A stretch of DNA of 64,000 nucleotides from Bacillota bacterium (GCA_015059495.1 SVAI01000001.1:1154207-1218206), one strand, 5' to 3'. Shown: positions 45,560 through 56,022, counted from the stretch's first letter. Numbers and translations: made by a program. The notes: generated by a model from the sequence alone, not told the origin.

Positions 45560-46282
45560 ATGGTAGTTTTAGTAACTGGTTCATCCAAAGGAATTGGAAG
45601 AGAAACAATAAAAAAATTTGCTAGTGAAGGATACGATGTAGTTATTCACTACAATAACTCGGAAAGAGAAGCATTATCTCTTCAAAAAGAAATTGAAGAA
45701 TATAATGTTAAATCTATGGTTATTAAATGTGATATGTCTATCGAAGAAGATATTAAATACATGTTTAAAAAAGTAATAGATAATTTTGGTACTATAGATG
45801 TACTTGTTAATAATGCAGGTGTAGCTATAGATACTACTTTTGAAGATAAAACAGTAGAAAATTTTAGATACACTTTATCTGTTAATTTAATTGGTCCATT
45901 TGTATTATCTAGATTAGTTGGAGACACTATGTATAAGAATAAAAAAGGTACAATTATAAATATATCTTCAACTAATGGTATTGATACAACATACCCAGAA
46001 AGTTTAGATTATGATGCATCTAAAGCAGGTCTTATTTCACTAACTCATAACTTAGCAACTCAATATGCACCATACGTTAGAGTTAATGCCATATGTCCTG
46101 GTTGGGTTAATACACCAATGAATAAAGACTTAGATGAAGACTTTAAAAAGGTAGAAGAATCTAAAATACTACTAAATAGATTTGCTGAACCAAAAGAAAT
46201 AGCAGAGGCTATCTATAATATAACAATAAGTTCTTATATAAATGATTCAATAATAAGAGTAGATGGAGGGGAAAAAGCATGA
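45560..46282 (+). CDS. SDR-family oxidoreductase (FabG-like)
   Basis: VLVTGSSKGIGRE (TGxxxGIG), NNAGV and YDASKAG (YxxxK) motifs. Confidence 0.85.
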   Translation: MVVLVTGSSKGIGRETIKKFASEGYDVVIHYNNSEREALSLQKEIEEYNVKSMVIKCDMSIEEDIKYMFKKVIDNFGTIDVLVNNAGVAIDTTFEDKTVENFRYTLSVNLIGPFVLSRLVGDTMYKNKKGTIINISSTNGIDTTYPESLDYDASKAGLISLTHNLATQYAPYVRVNAICPGWVNTPMNKDLDEDFKKVEESKILLNRFAEPKEIAEAIYNITISSYINDSIIRVDGGEKA

Positions 46283-47502
46283 ATATTGAAGAATTAATAT
46301 TAGATGCTGAAAATAATTTAAAAGAACAATATAAAAATATTGAAAATATAGAATTTTATTATTCAAATAAAATATTAAAAGCATTTAAAGATAATAATGT
46401 ATCTGAGAACTGTTTTACTTCAACTACAGGATACGGATATAATGATTATGGTAGAGATACTTTAGAGAAAGTATATGCAAATATTTTTGGCGCAGAAGCA
46501 GCACTTGTTAGAAACCAATTTGTGTCTGGTTCACATGCACTTAGTACAACTTTATTTGCACTATTAAGACCTAATGATACATTATTAAGTGTATCGGGTC
46601 TTCCATATGATACACTACATGAAGTAATAGGTATAGTACCTAATCCTTCATCACTAAAATCATATAATATTAATTATGATCAAATAGATTTAATTAATAA
46701 TGATTTTGATTATGATAAGATTAAAGAATATCTAACTAATAATAAAGTTAAATTAATTGAAATTCAAAGAAGTAAAGGATATTCAACAAGAGAATCACTT
46801 ACTATCGATAAGGTTGAAAAAGTAATTAAATTAATAAAAGAAGTATCTCCTAATACAATTGTTATGATTGATAATTGTTATTGTGAATTTGTTGAAAAAA
46901 CAAATCCAATTGAAGTAGGAGCAGATATTATTGTAGGTTCTCTAATCAAAAACTTAGGTGGTGGAATAGCACCTAATGGAGCATATGTAGTAGGTAAAAA
47001 AGATTTAGTAGAACTAGTAGGTGAAAGATTAACTTTACCAGGTGAAGGTATGGAAGTAGGGCCATCTCTAGGAGTTAATAAAAGTTTCTATCAAGGATTA
47101 TTTTTTGCACCATCAGTTGTGGCTTCAGCAATGAAGACTGCAACTCTTACATCATATGTATTAGAAAAAATAGGATATGAAGTATCACCTAAATATAATG
47201 ATACAAGAGCAGATATTGTACAAAATATAATCTTTAGAGATAAAGATAAATTAATAAAATATACACAAGGTATTCAAGCGGGATCACCAATTGATTCAAA
47301 CACTTTACCAATACCTTGGGATATGCCAGGATATAAAGATCAAGTAATTATGGCTAGTGGTTCATTTACTCAAGGTTCATCAATTGAGTTATCATGCGAC
47401 GGACCAATAAGAGAACCATATATAGCATACCAACAAGGTGCACTAACTTACACTTATGGTAAACTTGGATTAATCGAAGCAATCAAAAAAATAAGTGAAT
47501 AA
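46279..47502 (+). CDS. YnbB / aluminium-resistance-family PLP-dependent enzyme (Met gamma-lyase-like)
   Basis: TTGYGYNDYGRDTLEKVYANIFGAEAALVRNQFVSGSHAL and GSLIKNLGGGIAP resemble the YnbB family. ATGA overlap with the SDR gene. Confidence 0.7.
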   Translation: MNIEELILDAENNLKEQYKNIENIEFYYSNKILKAFKDNNVSENCFTSTTGYGYNDYGRDTLEKVYANIFGAEAALVRNQFVSGSHALSTTLFALLRPNDTLLSVSGLPYDTLHEVIGIVPNPSSLKSYNINYDQIDLINNDFDYDKIKEYLTNNKVKLIEIQRSKGYSTRESLTIDKVEKVIKLIKEVSPNTIVMIDNCYCEFVEKTNPIEVGADIIVGSLIKNLGGGIAPNGAYVVGKKDLVELVGERLTLPGEGMEVGPSLGVNKSFYQGLFFAPSVVASAMKTATLTSYVLEKIGYEVSPKYNDTRADIVQNIIFRDKDKLIKYTQGIQAGSPIDSNTLPIPWDMPGYKDQVIMASGSFTQGSSIELSCDGPIREPYIAYQQGALTYTYGKLGLIEAIKKISE

Positions 47503-47526
47503 CAATTAAGTTATTCACTTTTTTAT
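47493..47526. terminator. bidirectional terminator between convergent genes
   Basis: AAGTGAATAAC-N6-GTTATTCACTT followed by a T-run. A-rich on the other side. Confidence 0.6.
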
Positions 47527-48092
47527 TTTATATAAACGTAATATTTATTACCTTTTTGACTATCTTCTAAATATTGTTCATAGTAGAATAAAGCCATTGG
47601 TTTTTCTGTTTTCTTATCTATTTCATATACTGTATCAATTGTCTTAGTTTCACCAACACCAACAACCATTTCATTTACTAACATTGTATCAGTATAAGCT
47701 TTCATTGAACTAACATAAGATCTATCTTCTTTATCTAAATCCCATACTAGAGCAAAGTCATCTTCAAATAAGAATACATCTTTATTAGTAGTATTAGTAA
47801 TAGTAATAGTAGCATGTACTAAAACTTTACTATCATCACTAACTTTATATCCTTCATATTCATTTAAAAATTCAACTTTATCAACAGTAAAATCATACCA
47901 TTTAGCACTAACCTTATCACCAATGTTAGCACCCATCCATCCACCAACGATTCTACCATCAACTAATGGATAAGATTCTAATAACTTTTTAGTAGCCCAA
48001 GCAGGATACTTTGATGATTGAAAAGGTAGGGCACAAGAAGATAAAGCTAACATACTAAATAAAAGAACAGAACACTTAAATAACTTCTTCAT
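47523..48092 (-). CDS. lipoprotein, DUF4352-like
   Basis: Lipobox LALSSC. Beta-rich 170-aa mature part of the type usually annotated DUF4352 (assignment by resemblance only). Confidence 0.45.
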   Translation of the reverse strand: MKKLFKCSVLLFSMLALSSCALPFQSSKYPAWATKKLLESYPLVDGRIVGGWMGANIGDKVSAKWYDFTVDKVEFLNEYEGYKVSDDSKVLVHATITITNTTNKDVFLFEDDFALVWDLDKEDRSYVSSMKAYTDTMLVNEMVVGVGETKTIDTVYEIDKKTEKPMALFYYEQYLEDSQKGNKYYVYIK

Positions 48093-49015
48093 TATTTAAC
48101 CTCCAATCTTTTAATCTTATTTGTTGCAGTATATGTTTTATGCATCGCAAAGTTTGTTAAAGCACCAAATGCACCAAACATTAAAGATAATAATAAACTT
48201 TGATTATATGCATCTCTAATAGCAGCACTATTTCTAATATAATATGGCATAGCTCTATATACATCAAATAAATTAATATTATAATTTGTAATATATTCAT
48301 TATATAATGCTATATCATTAGTAATTTCATTTGCTAAAATAATAAATCCAAATCCAATTATAATTGAAATAATTAAACCAGGAACCTTCATTGATTTAGC
48401 AAAATATTGATAAAAATATGCACTACCAAACATAATTATTAAACCTGTAACAGTAGGATTAATAGCTAAGTAAGATAATACTAACCATAATATTAATCCA
48501 GGTATACAACCAATAATTGATCCTATAATACCTAAGAAAATATTTTCTTTTATTTTCTTTTTCTTCTTTATTTCTTTTTCATAATTCTTATGTAATTCTT
48601 TATAACAATCATCACATGCATATCTAATAGAACCTTCAACTTCTACTAAGAAAGTATCTTTATGTTCTTTACATCTACCACATATATTATTATATTTATT
48701 CTTCTTTAAATACTTAATAACTATATCTATAACTTTATCACTTAAAGTAATAATATCTCTATGTCTATCACATGCTTCACTAATAATTAATTTATTATTA
48801 TTGTATTTAGCAACACAATATTTATCAAACTTAGCTAATTCAGTATTTAATTTATCTATATTAGATGGTCCACTAACATTAAAATAAATATTATAAAGTA
48901 GGGAAGTATAATCATATCTAATAGATATATCATATCCTTCTTCATTACCAAAGTAAGTACCATAATAATATCTATACTTACCATTTCTTAATTTTTTAGC
49001 TATTTTCTTTCCCAT
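48092..49015 (-). CDS. membrane protein with cytoplasmic zinc-ribbon (CGRC...CDDC) and 4-5 TM
   Basis: ORF track; GGAAGGAAG RBS. CxxC-x24-CxxC followed by hydrophobic helices. Confidence 0.5.
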   Translation of the reverse strand: MGKKIAKKLRNGKYRYYYGTYFGNEEGYDISIRYDYTSLLYNIYFNVSGPSNIDKLNTELAKFDKYCVAKYNNNKLIISEACDRHRDIITLSDKVIDIVIKYLKKNKYNNICGRCKEHKDTFLVEVEGSIRYACDDCYKELHKNYEKEIKKKKKIKENIFLGIIGSIIGCIPGLILWLVLSYLAINPTVTGLIIMFGSAYFYQYFAKSMKVPGLIISIIIGFGFIILANEITNDIALYNEYITNYNINLFDVYRAMPYYIRNSAAIRDAYNQSLLLSLMFGAFGALTNFAMHKTYTATNKIKRLEVK

Positions 49016-49569
49016 ATTTTTCTTCCTTTCCTATATACATGTTTATCATAAACTTCTTTTAAATACTTCTTATTTAATACTTTTTTTTCTCCATATGCTC
49101 CAAGTACTTCAAACACTTCAGTTAAAAATCCTTGCATCTTTTTATTCATATATTCTAAATCTCTAGATCTATTCCAAGCATAATAAGGAGATATATTTTT
49201 ATATTTTTTTCCCTCATATACTTTAGTAGCAGCTATCTTATCACATACCATCTCAACCATATATTTAAATGGTATAATAGGTGCTTTAATAGGAGAAGTC
49301 ATGTCTAAATAATATTCACTATGATGTTTATTTCTACCTTTATGATGTAACCATGCTTTAGAATATCCTAATTCTTTTTTAGCAGTTAATATTGGACTCT
49401 TTTTACCATCTGTATAATATTTAACTCCCTCAAAGAATTCAACAGGATGATACTTAGATAAATCATGTAATAAACCTCTAATTGGAAAACCACATTTAGT
49501 GCAAAGCTTAAACACAATAAATCTATGCTTATTAATTGTATGTAAATGTTTAAAAAAATTCATTATCAT
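49000..49569 (-). CDS. hypothetical His-rich protein (HDLSKY / WLHHKGRNKHH motifs)
   Basis: ORF track; AAGGAAG RBS. Conserved-looking His/Asp clusters suggest a metal-dependent fold. Family not assigned. Confidence 0.4.
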   Translation of the reverse strand: MIMNFFKHLHTINKHRFIVFKLCTKCGFPIRGLLHDLSKYHPVEFFEGVKYYTDGKKSPILTAKKELGYSKAWLHHKGRNKHHSEYYLDMTSPIKAPIIPFKYMVEMVCDKIAATKVYEGKKYKNISPYYAWNRSRDLEYMNKKMQGFLTEVFEVLGAYGEKKVLNKKYLKEVYDKHVYRKGRKIWERK

Positions 49570-49622
49570 GATTTAACTTCCTTGTCTATTAATAATTATA
49601 TCATATAATAAAAAAATAAACA

Positions 49623-49970
49623 TTATTTATGTTTATTTAATATTTCAAATTTATTAATAGTATTTTGTAATATTTCACTTAGTTTTTCTTTCTCATCACT
49701 ATCTATTATATTAATAGGATAACTCTTAGTATTAGTATCTTCACTTACTATAACAACTTCATTTAAACATATTATTAATATATTATTATCCTTAAATCTA
49801 ATTGAGAAACCTTTCTTATTATCTCCAAAATATCTTTCTAATACTACATTATTTAATTCTAAACAAGCTTTATTAACGTTACTATCCTTAAAATAACTAA
49901 TATTATCACTATTTCTAAATTCTGCATTAATCATGTTGCCTAAACAAATAATTAATTCATTAATTTCCAT
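49623..49970 (-). CDS. hypothetical protein
   Basis: ORF track; AAGAGG RBS. No motif. Confidence 0.4.
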   Translation of the reverse strand: MEINELIICLGNMINAEFRNSDNISYFKDSNVNKACLELNNVVLERYFGDNKKGFSIRFKDNNILIICLNEVVIVSEDTNTKSYPINIIDSDEKEKLSEILQNTINKFEILNKHK

Positions 49971-50034
49971 AAGTTACCTCTTAACTTTATTATATAACTA
50001 TTATTTACTAAGTCAATAAAAATAGAAGCATAAA

Positions 50035-53000
50035 TTATGCTTCTATTTTAACTATAAACTTAGTTTCACCTTTCATCTTATTATTCTTTTTAGTAAATGT
50101 AGTATAATCTTCACCTAATTTAACTAATCTAGTTAATTTATTTTGCATAGATTTAACATCGCCATTAGCAAGTTCAACAATTTTTTGAATTCCTTCTTCA
50201 TCAAATTGACTAATACCTTCGTTTAATGTTTCAAGACCACTATTTATAGTATTAGATGCATCATATAATTGACTTGTAGCACCTTCTATTTTATCAGTAG
50301 AACTAGATAGAGTAGATAAACCTTTACTAAATTCACTAGATCCATTATATAAAGTATTAACACCATTTTGTAATTGACTTAATTTACTATTAATAGTATT
50401 TAAATCAATTTTATCATTAGCCATATTTAAACCAGTTTCAATAGTCTTAACTCCATTATTTAATTCATCAATAGAACTAATTAATTTATTTAATATAGCA
50501 ATCATATTAACATTTTTATTTCCTGTAGTTGGATCAACTACATAATCAGCATTTAATAAAGTATCAGTAGTAGATAAATCTGTAACTAATCTTGTATATT
50601 CTTCAACACCTAAAGCATTAACCAATGCAGCTTTATTAGTTACTATTAAATTTAAAGCATCACTATTAGCAGCATTAATTTTATTAGCATATAAATATAC
50701 ACCATTTAAACCAGCCTTAGTTTGATTTAAACCAGCGCTAATTTGTTCTAATGCTTCAGTAGTTTTAGCAAGACCACTCTTTAATTCACCTAATGAATTA
50801 CTTAATGAAGCTAACTCACTTAATGAACTATTTAATGTATATAAACCACCATTAATTTGTTTATACCCATTATTTAATTTCTTAGTACCTTTATTTAATT
50901 CAATAATACCATTCTTATAAGTTTTAAAATTCTTATTATATTCATTCATACCATTACTTAATTTATTAGCACCATCAACTAATTTAGTAGATGATTCACC
51001 TAATAAATTAATCTTATCATATACTTCATCTAACTTATTAAATACATCAAAATCACTAGATGATATTAAATTAGAAGAGTATACATTATATATATCACTT
51101 TCTTCAAAAGAAGTAGTATCGTATTCAATAGTTATATTATTATATTTTGATAATTCACTTAAATTTAAACTCTTATCCAAATAAGGTAGTGCAAGTCCAA
51201 CTGCAACAGTAGAATTACCATTATTAATAATCTTACCTGTACTTATACTAACATTAGTAGCATTACCTCTGATAATAGTACCCATAGTAACAACAAATGG
51301 AGTATATAAATCACCATGTTTATCTAAATTCTTATAATCTATAACTAATTTTATATGTCCTTCTTTACCTTTAATTGATTTAACATTAACTTCTTCATTA
51401 TTTAAATAATATTTAACGCTTAATTCAATAGGTAATTTCTTAGTAGTAGTTCCTTGATAATAAATATTATTACCATTACTTTTCCAAGTTAATTGATAAT
51501 CCTTTTTAAAATATTCTTCATTACCATTAACATTTAATATATTTTCTAAATCAGATTCATCTAATACATCACCATTAACATCTTTTAATACTTCACTAAC
51601 AGTAGTATTAGTATTACCATTACTATCAATAATAGAATATACAGTTTCATCTTTAACTGCTGCACTAACAGACATTGGTAGAGCAACAGCAACTAACATA
51701 GTAGCAATAACTTTTTTATTCATAATCTTATTTCCTTTCTTAAACCCCTTAGTAGTTTTAATAATTAATTTATCTAAACATAATATCAATGAAGGAAGTA
51801 TAAATATAACAACAATCATTGATATAATTGCTCCTCTAGATATTAAATTACATATTGATCCAATCATATCTATTTTAGAATAGAAACCAACACCTGCAGT
51901 TGCTGCAAAGAAACATAAAGCAGAAGTGATAATCGAACCAACAGATGAATCAAGAGCATGCTTCATTGATTCAAACTTATCTTTTGTTTTTCTCTTATCT
52001 AAATATTTTGTAGTCATTAATATAGCGTAGTCAATTGTAGCACCAAGTTGAATTGTACCAATAACAATTGATGCAATAAATGGAAGTGTAACTCCGCTGT
52101 AATAGAATGTAGCCATATTTAAGAATATTGCAAATTCAATAGCTATAATTAAGATAATAGGTAGTGATACACTCTTAAGTACAAATATCATAATAATAAA
52201 TATAACTGCTATAGATGTATAATTAACATTATGAAAATCAGTATCACTTATCTTAATTAAATCTTTCATTAGTGGACCTTCACCAGCTAATATTGAATTA
52301 CTATCATAAGATTTAACAATATCATTAATCTTTCCAATTTGATCATTTAATTCTGGAGTTGCTATATCATATTTAGAATTAATAATAATCATTTGATATT
52401 TATCAGTTCTTAACATAGATTTAATATCATCACTAATCATAGATTCAGGTATATTTAAATCACTTAACTTAGAGTAACTAATAACACCTTCAATACCATC
52501 TAATTCATTTATTTTATCAACCATTTCGTTAACAGTATTATTTTTAATATTCTTATCAATCATAACTACTGAAGGACTACCTATACCAAATTTATTTTTA
52601 ACATCTTCATTAGCAACATTAAAGGCTAAATCCTTAGGTAAACTTTCAGATAAATTATAATAAGTTTTAACATTCTTATTACCAATATAAGCAGGTATTA
52701 ATAATATTAAGAATACTATTAATATTGCTTTATAATGTTTTAAAGTAAATTCTTTAATATGTTTAAATTCAGGTAATATTACTTTATGGGTAGTTTTATC
52801 AATTGCTTTATCAAATATTAATAATAGAGCAGGGAATAGAGTAAGTACACATATAACCCCAAGTAATACACCTTTAGCCATAACTATACCAATATCTTTA
52901 CCTAAAAGTAGAGTCATAGTACATAATGCTAAGAAACCTGCAATTGTTGTAAGTGATGATCCAGCAACACTAACAAACGTATCTTTAATCGCATCAGCCA

Positions 53001-53784
53001 TAGCTTCTTCTTTATTTAATTTCTTTTTCTTAAACTCATATCTATGATACAAGAATATAGAAAAGTCTGTTGTAACACCAAGTTGTAATACTGCACTAAT
53101 TGCCTTAGTAATATAAGATATATTACCTAAGAATATATTAGTACCCATATTATATAAAATAGCTATACCAATATTAATTAATAATATAAATGGTACTAGA
53201 TAAGAATCTAAACATAACATTAATACTAATATACAAAGTATAACTGCTATAACAACATATACAACAACTTCACTATCAGATAAATTCATAGTATCAAGTA
53301 CCATAGCACTCATACCACCAATTTTAGCTTTAGATGATATATTTCTAATTTCTTCAACTGCATTTAAAGTCTTTTCATTAGATGTACCTTCTTTAAATGT
53401 AATAGCAAGTAAATAAGAATTATCTTTATATACCTTATCTCTTAAATCACTAGGTAATATTTCAACAGGTATTGTAGTACCTAGTACATCTTTAATTGAA
53501 AATACTTTTTCAACACCATCAATACTTCTTACTTTATCTTCATAATCAAGTATTTCTTTTGATGACATATTTTCTAATATCGATACAGAAAAAGCACCCA
53601 TATTAAAATCATCAGTTAATATGTCTTGTCCTTTCATTGTTTCAATATCTTCAGGTAGATAAACTAAAACATTATAATTAATATTTGTCTTAACCATACC
53701 AATTATTGCAGGAATAATAAGTAGTAATCCAATTATTAATATAAGTGTTTTATGTTTAACTATTTTTTTACTTATATCTTTCAT
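50035..53784 (-). CDS. MMPL/RND-family transporter fused to a C-terminal about 560-aa extracytoplasmic domain with YhgE/Pip-like heptad repeats
   Basis: Two 6-TM bundles, each preceded by a large loop (MMPL layout). Then KGNKIMNKKVIATMLVAVALPMSVSAAVKDE (a 13th TM or internal signal) and repeated NxGxxxLxxG heptads. Divergent from a TetR gene. Confidence 0.85.
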   Translation of the reverse strand: MKDISKKIVKHKTLILIIGLLLIIPAIIGMVKTNINYNVLVYLPEDIETMKGQDILTDDFNMGAFSVSILENMSSKEILDYEDKVRSIDGVEKVFSIKDVLGTTIPVEILPSDLRDKVYKDNSYLLAITFKEGTSNEKTLNAVEEIRNISSKAKIGGMSAMVLDTMNLSDSEVVVYVVIAVILCILVLMLCLDSYLVPFILLINIGIAILYNMGTNIFLGNISYITKAISAVLQLGVTTDFSIFLYHRYEFKKKKLNKEEAMADAIKDTFVSVAGSSLTTIAGFLALCTMTLLLGKDIGIVMAKGVLLGVICVLTLFPALLLIFDKAIDKTTHKVILPEFKHIKEFTLKHYKAILIVFLILLIPAYIGNKNVKTYYNLSESLPKDLAFNVANEDVKNKFGIGSPSVVMIDKNIKNNTVNEMVDKINELDGIEGVISYSKLSDLNIPESMISDDIKSMLRTDKYQMIIINSKYDIATPELNDQIGKINDIVKSYDSNSILAGEGPLMKDLIKISDTDFHNVNYTSIAVIFIIMIFVLKSVSLPIILIIAIEFAIFLNMATFYYSGVTLPFIASIVIGTIQLGATIDYAILMTTKYLDKRKTKDKFESMKHALDSSVGSIITSALCFFAATAGVGFYSKIDMIGSICNLISRGAIISMIVVIFILPSLILCLDKLIIKTTKGFKKGNKIMNKKVIATMLVAVALPMSVSAAVKDETVYSIIDSNGNTNTTVSEVLKDVNGDVLDESDLENILNVNGNEEYFKKDYQLTWKSNGNNIYYQGTTTKKLPIELSVKYYLNNEEVNVKSIKGKEGHIKLVIDYKNLDKHGDLYTPFVVTMGTIIRGNATNVSISTGKIINNGNSTVAVGLALPYLDKSLNLSELSKYNNITIEYDTTSFEESDIYNVYSSNLISSSDFDVFNKLDEVYDKINLLGESSTKLVDGANKLSNGMNEYNKNFKTYKNGIIELNKGTKKLNNGYKQINGGLYTLNSSLSELASLSNSLGELKSGLAKTTEALEQISAGLNQTKAGLNGVYLYANKINAANSDALNLIVTNKAALVNALGVEEYTRLVTDLSTTDTLLNADYVVDPTTGNKNVNMIAILNKLISSIDELNNGVKTIETGLNMANDKIDLNTINSKLSQLQNGVNTLYNGSSEFSKGLSTLSSSTDKIEGATSQLYDASNTINSGLETLNEGISQFDEEGIQKIVELANGDVKSMQNKLTRLVKLGEDYTTFTKKNNKMKGETKFIVKIEA

Positions 53785-53797
53785 ATTTTCACCCTTC

Positions 53798-53845
53798 CTG
53801 ACTAAAAGTCAGTAGTATAATATCACTAAACTGACCAAAAGTCAA
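53798..53845. promoter_or_regulatory. two copies of a 15-bp palindrome, candidate TetR operator
   Basis: CTGACTAAAAGTCAG (53798-53812, perfect) and CTGACCAAAAGTCAA (53831-53845), 33 bp apart, in the 5' region of the MMPL gene. Confidence 0.5.
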
Positions 53846-53945
53846 TATCTAGATAATTATATGACATTTATTTTAAAAATAGTACATATTTCAATTGACT
53901 ATTAATATTAATTGTGTTATTTTTTTCTTGAGGAAGTGAAGTATT

Positions 53946-54515
53946 ATGGAAGAAACTTCAAAGAAAAAAAGATTACTTTCTAGTGCCTATGAATTATTTG
54001 CTAAGAAGGGTATAAATAAAACTACTATTCAAGATATAGTAGATGCTGCACGTGTTGCTAAGGGAACATTCTATTTATATTTTGAAGATAAATATAAATT
54101 ACAAGAAGAATTAGTAACTGAAAAATCAAAAGAATTATTTAATGAAGCTCTAGAGGAATTATCAAATCATAAAATTAAAAAGTTTGATGATCAAGTAATA
54201 TTTATTTTAGATTATGTTATTGATGCATTAAATAAAGAAAAGGGTATCTTAAATTTTGTATCAAAAGATTTATCTTTAGGATTATATCAAGATAAATTAT
54301 CAAACATGATTGAAAACGATCCTCTAAAACTACATGATATGTTTATGAATGGTGCTAAAGAAAATAAAATTAAAAAACCTGAAATAGCATTATTTATGAT
54401 TATTGAATTCTTTAGTGCTACTGCATATTCGGTTTTAACTAATAAAATTGACTTATCAATAACTGAATATAAAACATATTTACATAAAGTAGTTAAAAAT
54501 ATCTTAAATAACTAA
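53946..54515 (+). CDS. TetR/AcrR family transcriptional regulator
   Basis: N-terminal HTH KKRLLSSAYELFAKKGINKTTIQDIVDAARVAKGTFYLYFEDK. Candidate promoter TTGACT(53895)-17-TATTTT. Confidence 0.85.
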   Translation: MEETSKKKRLLSSAYELFAKKGINKTTIQDIVDAARVAKGTFYLYFEDKYKLQEELVTEKSKELFNEALEELSNHKIKKFDDQVIFILDYVIDALNKEKGILNFVSKDLSLGLYQDKLSNMIENDPLKLHDMFMNGAKENKIKKPEIALFMIIEFFSATAYSVLTNKIDLSITEYKTYLHKVVKNILNN

Positions 54516-54545
54516 GTAAAGCCATTGACTTTACTTTTTCTTTTG
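54514..54545 (+). terminator. rho-independent terminator
   Basis: AAGTAAAG-N7-CTTTACTT followed by TTTCTTTT. Confidence 0.5.
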
Positions 54546-54589
54546 TTGTATAATATCACCTGTTTTCGCTTAAAAAGGGGATTGATAAA

Positions 54590-55957
54590 ATGATAGATTA
54601 CAACAAGAGTATCGAAAACATTAAAAACTTAAAATTTAAAGCAGTAAATAATTTACCTAAAGAAGATTCTATGGATTTAGCATATTATATTAAAGAACGT
54701 AACTTGGAAGATATTATCAAAATACTTGTTGATTATTCTGATCTTGTTAACAAGTATTTTCTTTTTGAAATAATATATGATAATAAAAAATATGAAAATA
54801 AAGCAATGGATTTAATTAATAAAATAGATATACATAAATTACATAATTATCATATAACCAACTTACTTTATAAAACATCTTTTGGTTTAACATTTGTTAT
54901 AAGTAATTTTAATAATTTAATAAATAAAAAAGATAGTACTATAAATACTATAATATCTTTTTTAATGGCTAATTATACACATGATGATTACTTTGTTAAA
55001 TTCTTATCTAAATATAAAAACCTACATATAAGATATTTATTTATGAGCTATATCATTAAATATAATAAAGAATACTTTAATGATATATATGATAACTTTA
55101 TAAAATTATTTACTTTAAATAAAGTATTAATGGATAGTAAAGAAATATCTCATATTGCATACTTATTATACAAAGAAGGTTTACATAATGAATATGAACA
55201 ATTGAAATTATTTATTTATAGTAATTATAAATACAATTATTTAGCATCATATCTTTTAGATAATAAACAAGAAGAAGCATTTAAAAAAGATAGTGATAAC
55301 TTATTTAATACATCAATAGATTATAGATTAGAAATATATAAAAAATATTCAGATTATGTATCTAAATATTTAATTGAAGAAATGGCTAAGAATGTTAAAT
55401 GTTTTGGTGATGATTATGTATTAAAAAAACTATATGCATATAATTTAGGTAATAAAATAGAAGAATTAGTTAATAAATATTTATCTTTATCAACAAGTGA
55501 TGAATGTAAATTTATTGCTAAAGGTTCAACAACTCATACATATAAGATAGGGGATTATGCTTTTAAACTATCACATAGTAAATGGTCTTATGAAGATGAA
55601 TTAGCACCAAGACTATATATGATTCATAAAAACCTAGAAGAAATATTAATAAGAGATAATGATAATGTAATTACATCTGCAATAGAAGTACAAAAATACT
55701 TATCTAGAGGTGTAAAAGATATTGAAGAAAAATACTTTGATTTATTTAAAATGGAATTAGCACTACGTGGATACTATGTTGATGATAATTTAAGAACACC
55801 AAACGGTAATGATAATACTGCTGTGTTAGATTCTTATTTAGATGCAGACACAACAGATTATGAAAGTTTACCTAGATGGTTTAAACAAGTACCACTAGTA
55901 TTAATTGATAAAGATAGAGTACATGAAATAGGTAAACAAAAAAGACAAATTAGATAG
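54590..55957 (+). CDS. hypothetical protein, possible kinase-like C-terminal domain
   Basis: ORF track; AAGGGGA RBS. C-terminus GSTTHTYKIGDYAFKL...YYVDDNL...LIDKD loosely resembles protein-kinase-like folds. Confidence 0.45.
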   Translation: MIDYNKSIENIKNLKFKAVNNLPKEDSMDLAYYIKERNLEDIIKILVDYSDLVNKYFLFEIIYDNKKYENKAMDLINKIDIHKLHNYHITNLLYKTSFGLTFVISNFNNLINKKDSTINTIISFLMANYTHDDYFVKFLSKYKNLHIRYLFMSYIIKYNKEYFNDIYDNFIKLFTLNKVLMDSKEISHIAYLLYKEGLHNEYEQLKLFIYSNYKYNYLASYLLDNKQEEAFKKDSDNLFNTSIDYRLEIYKKYSDYVSKYLIEEMAKNVKCFGDDYVLKKLYAYNLGNKIEELVNKYLSLSTSDECKFIAKGSTTHTYKIGDYAFKLSHSKWSYEDELAPRLYMIHKNLEEILIRDNDNVITSAIEVQKYLSRGVKDIEEKYFDLFKMELALRGYYVDDNLRTPNGNDNTAVLDSYLDADTTDYESLPRWFKQVPLVLIDKDRVHEIGKQKRQIR

Positions 55958-55975
55958 CAATAGCTATCTTTTTTT
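55952..55975 (+). terminator. rho-independent terminator
   Basis: AGATAGC-AATA-GCTATCT followed by TTTTTT. Confidence 0.6.
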
Positions 55976-56022
55976 GACATTATTTTTAACTTATTAATGA
56001 TACATTAAAAATGGTGATAAAA

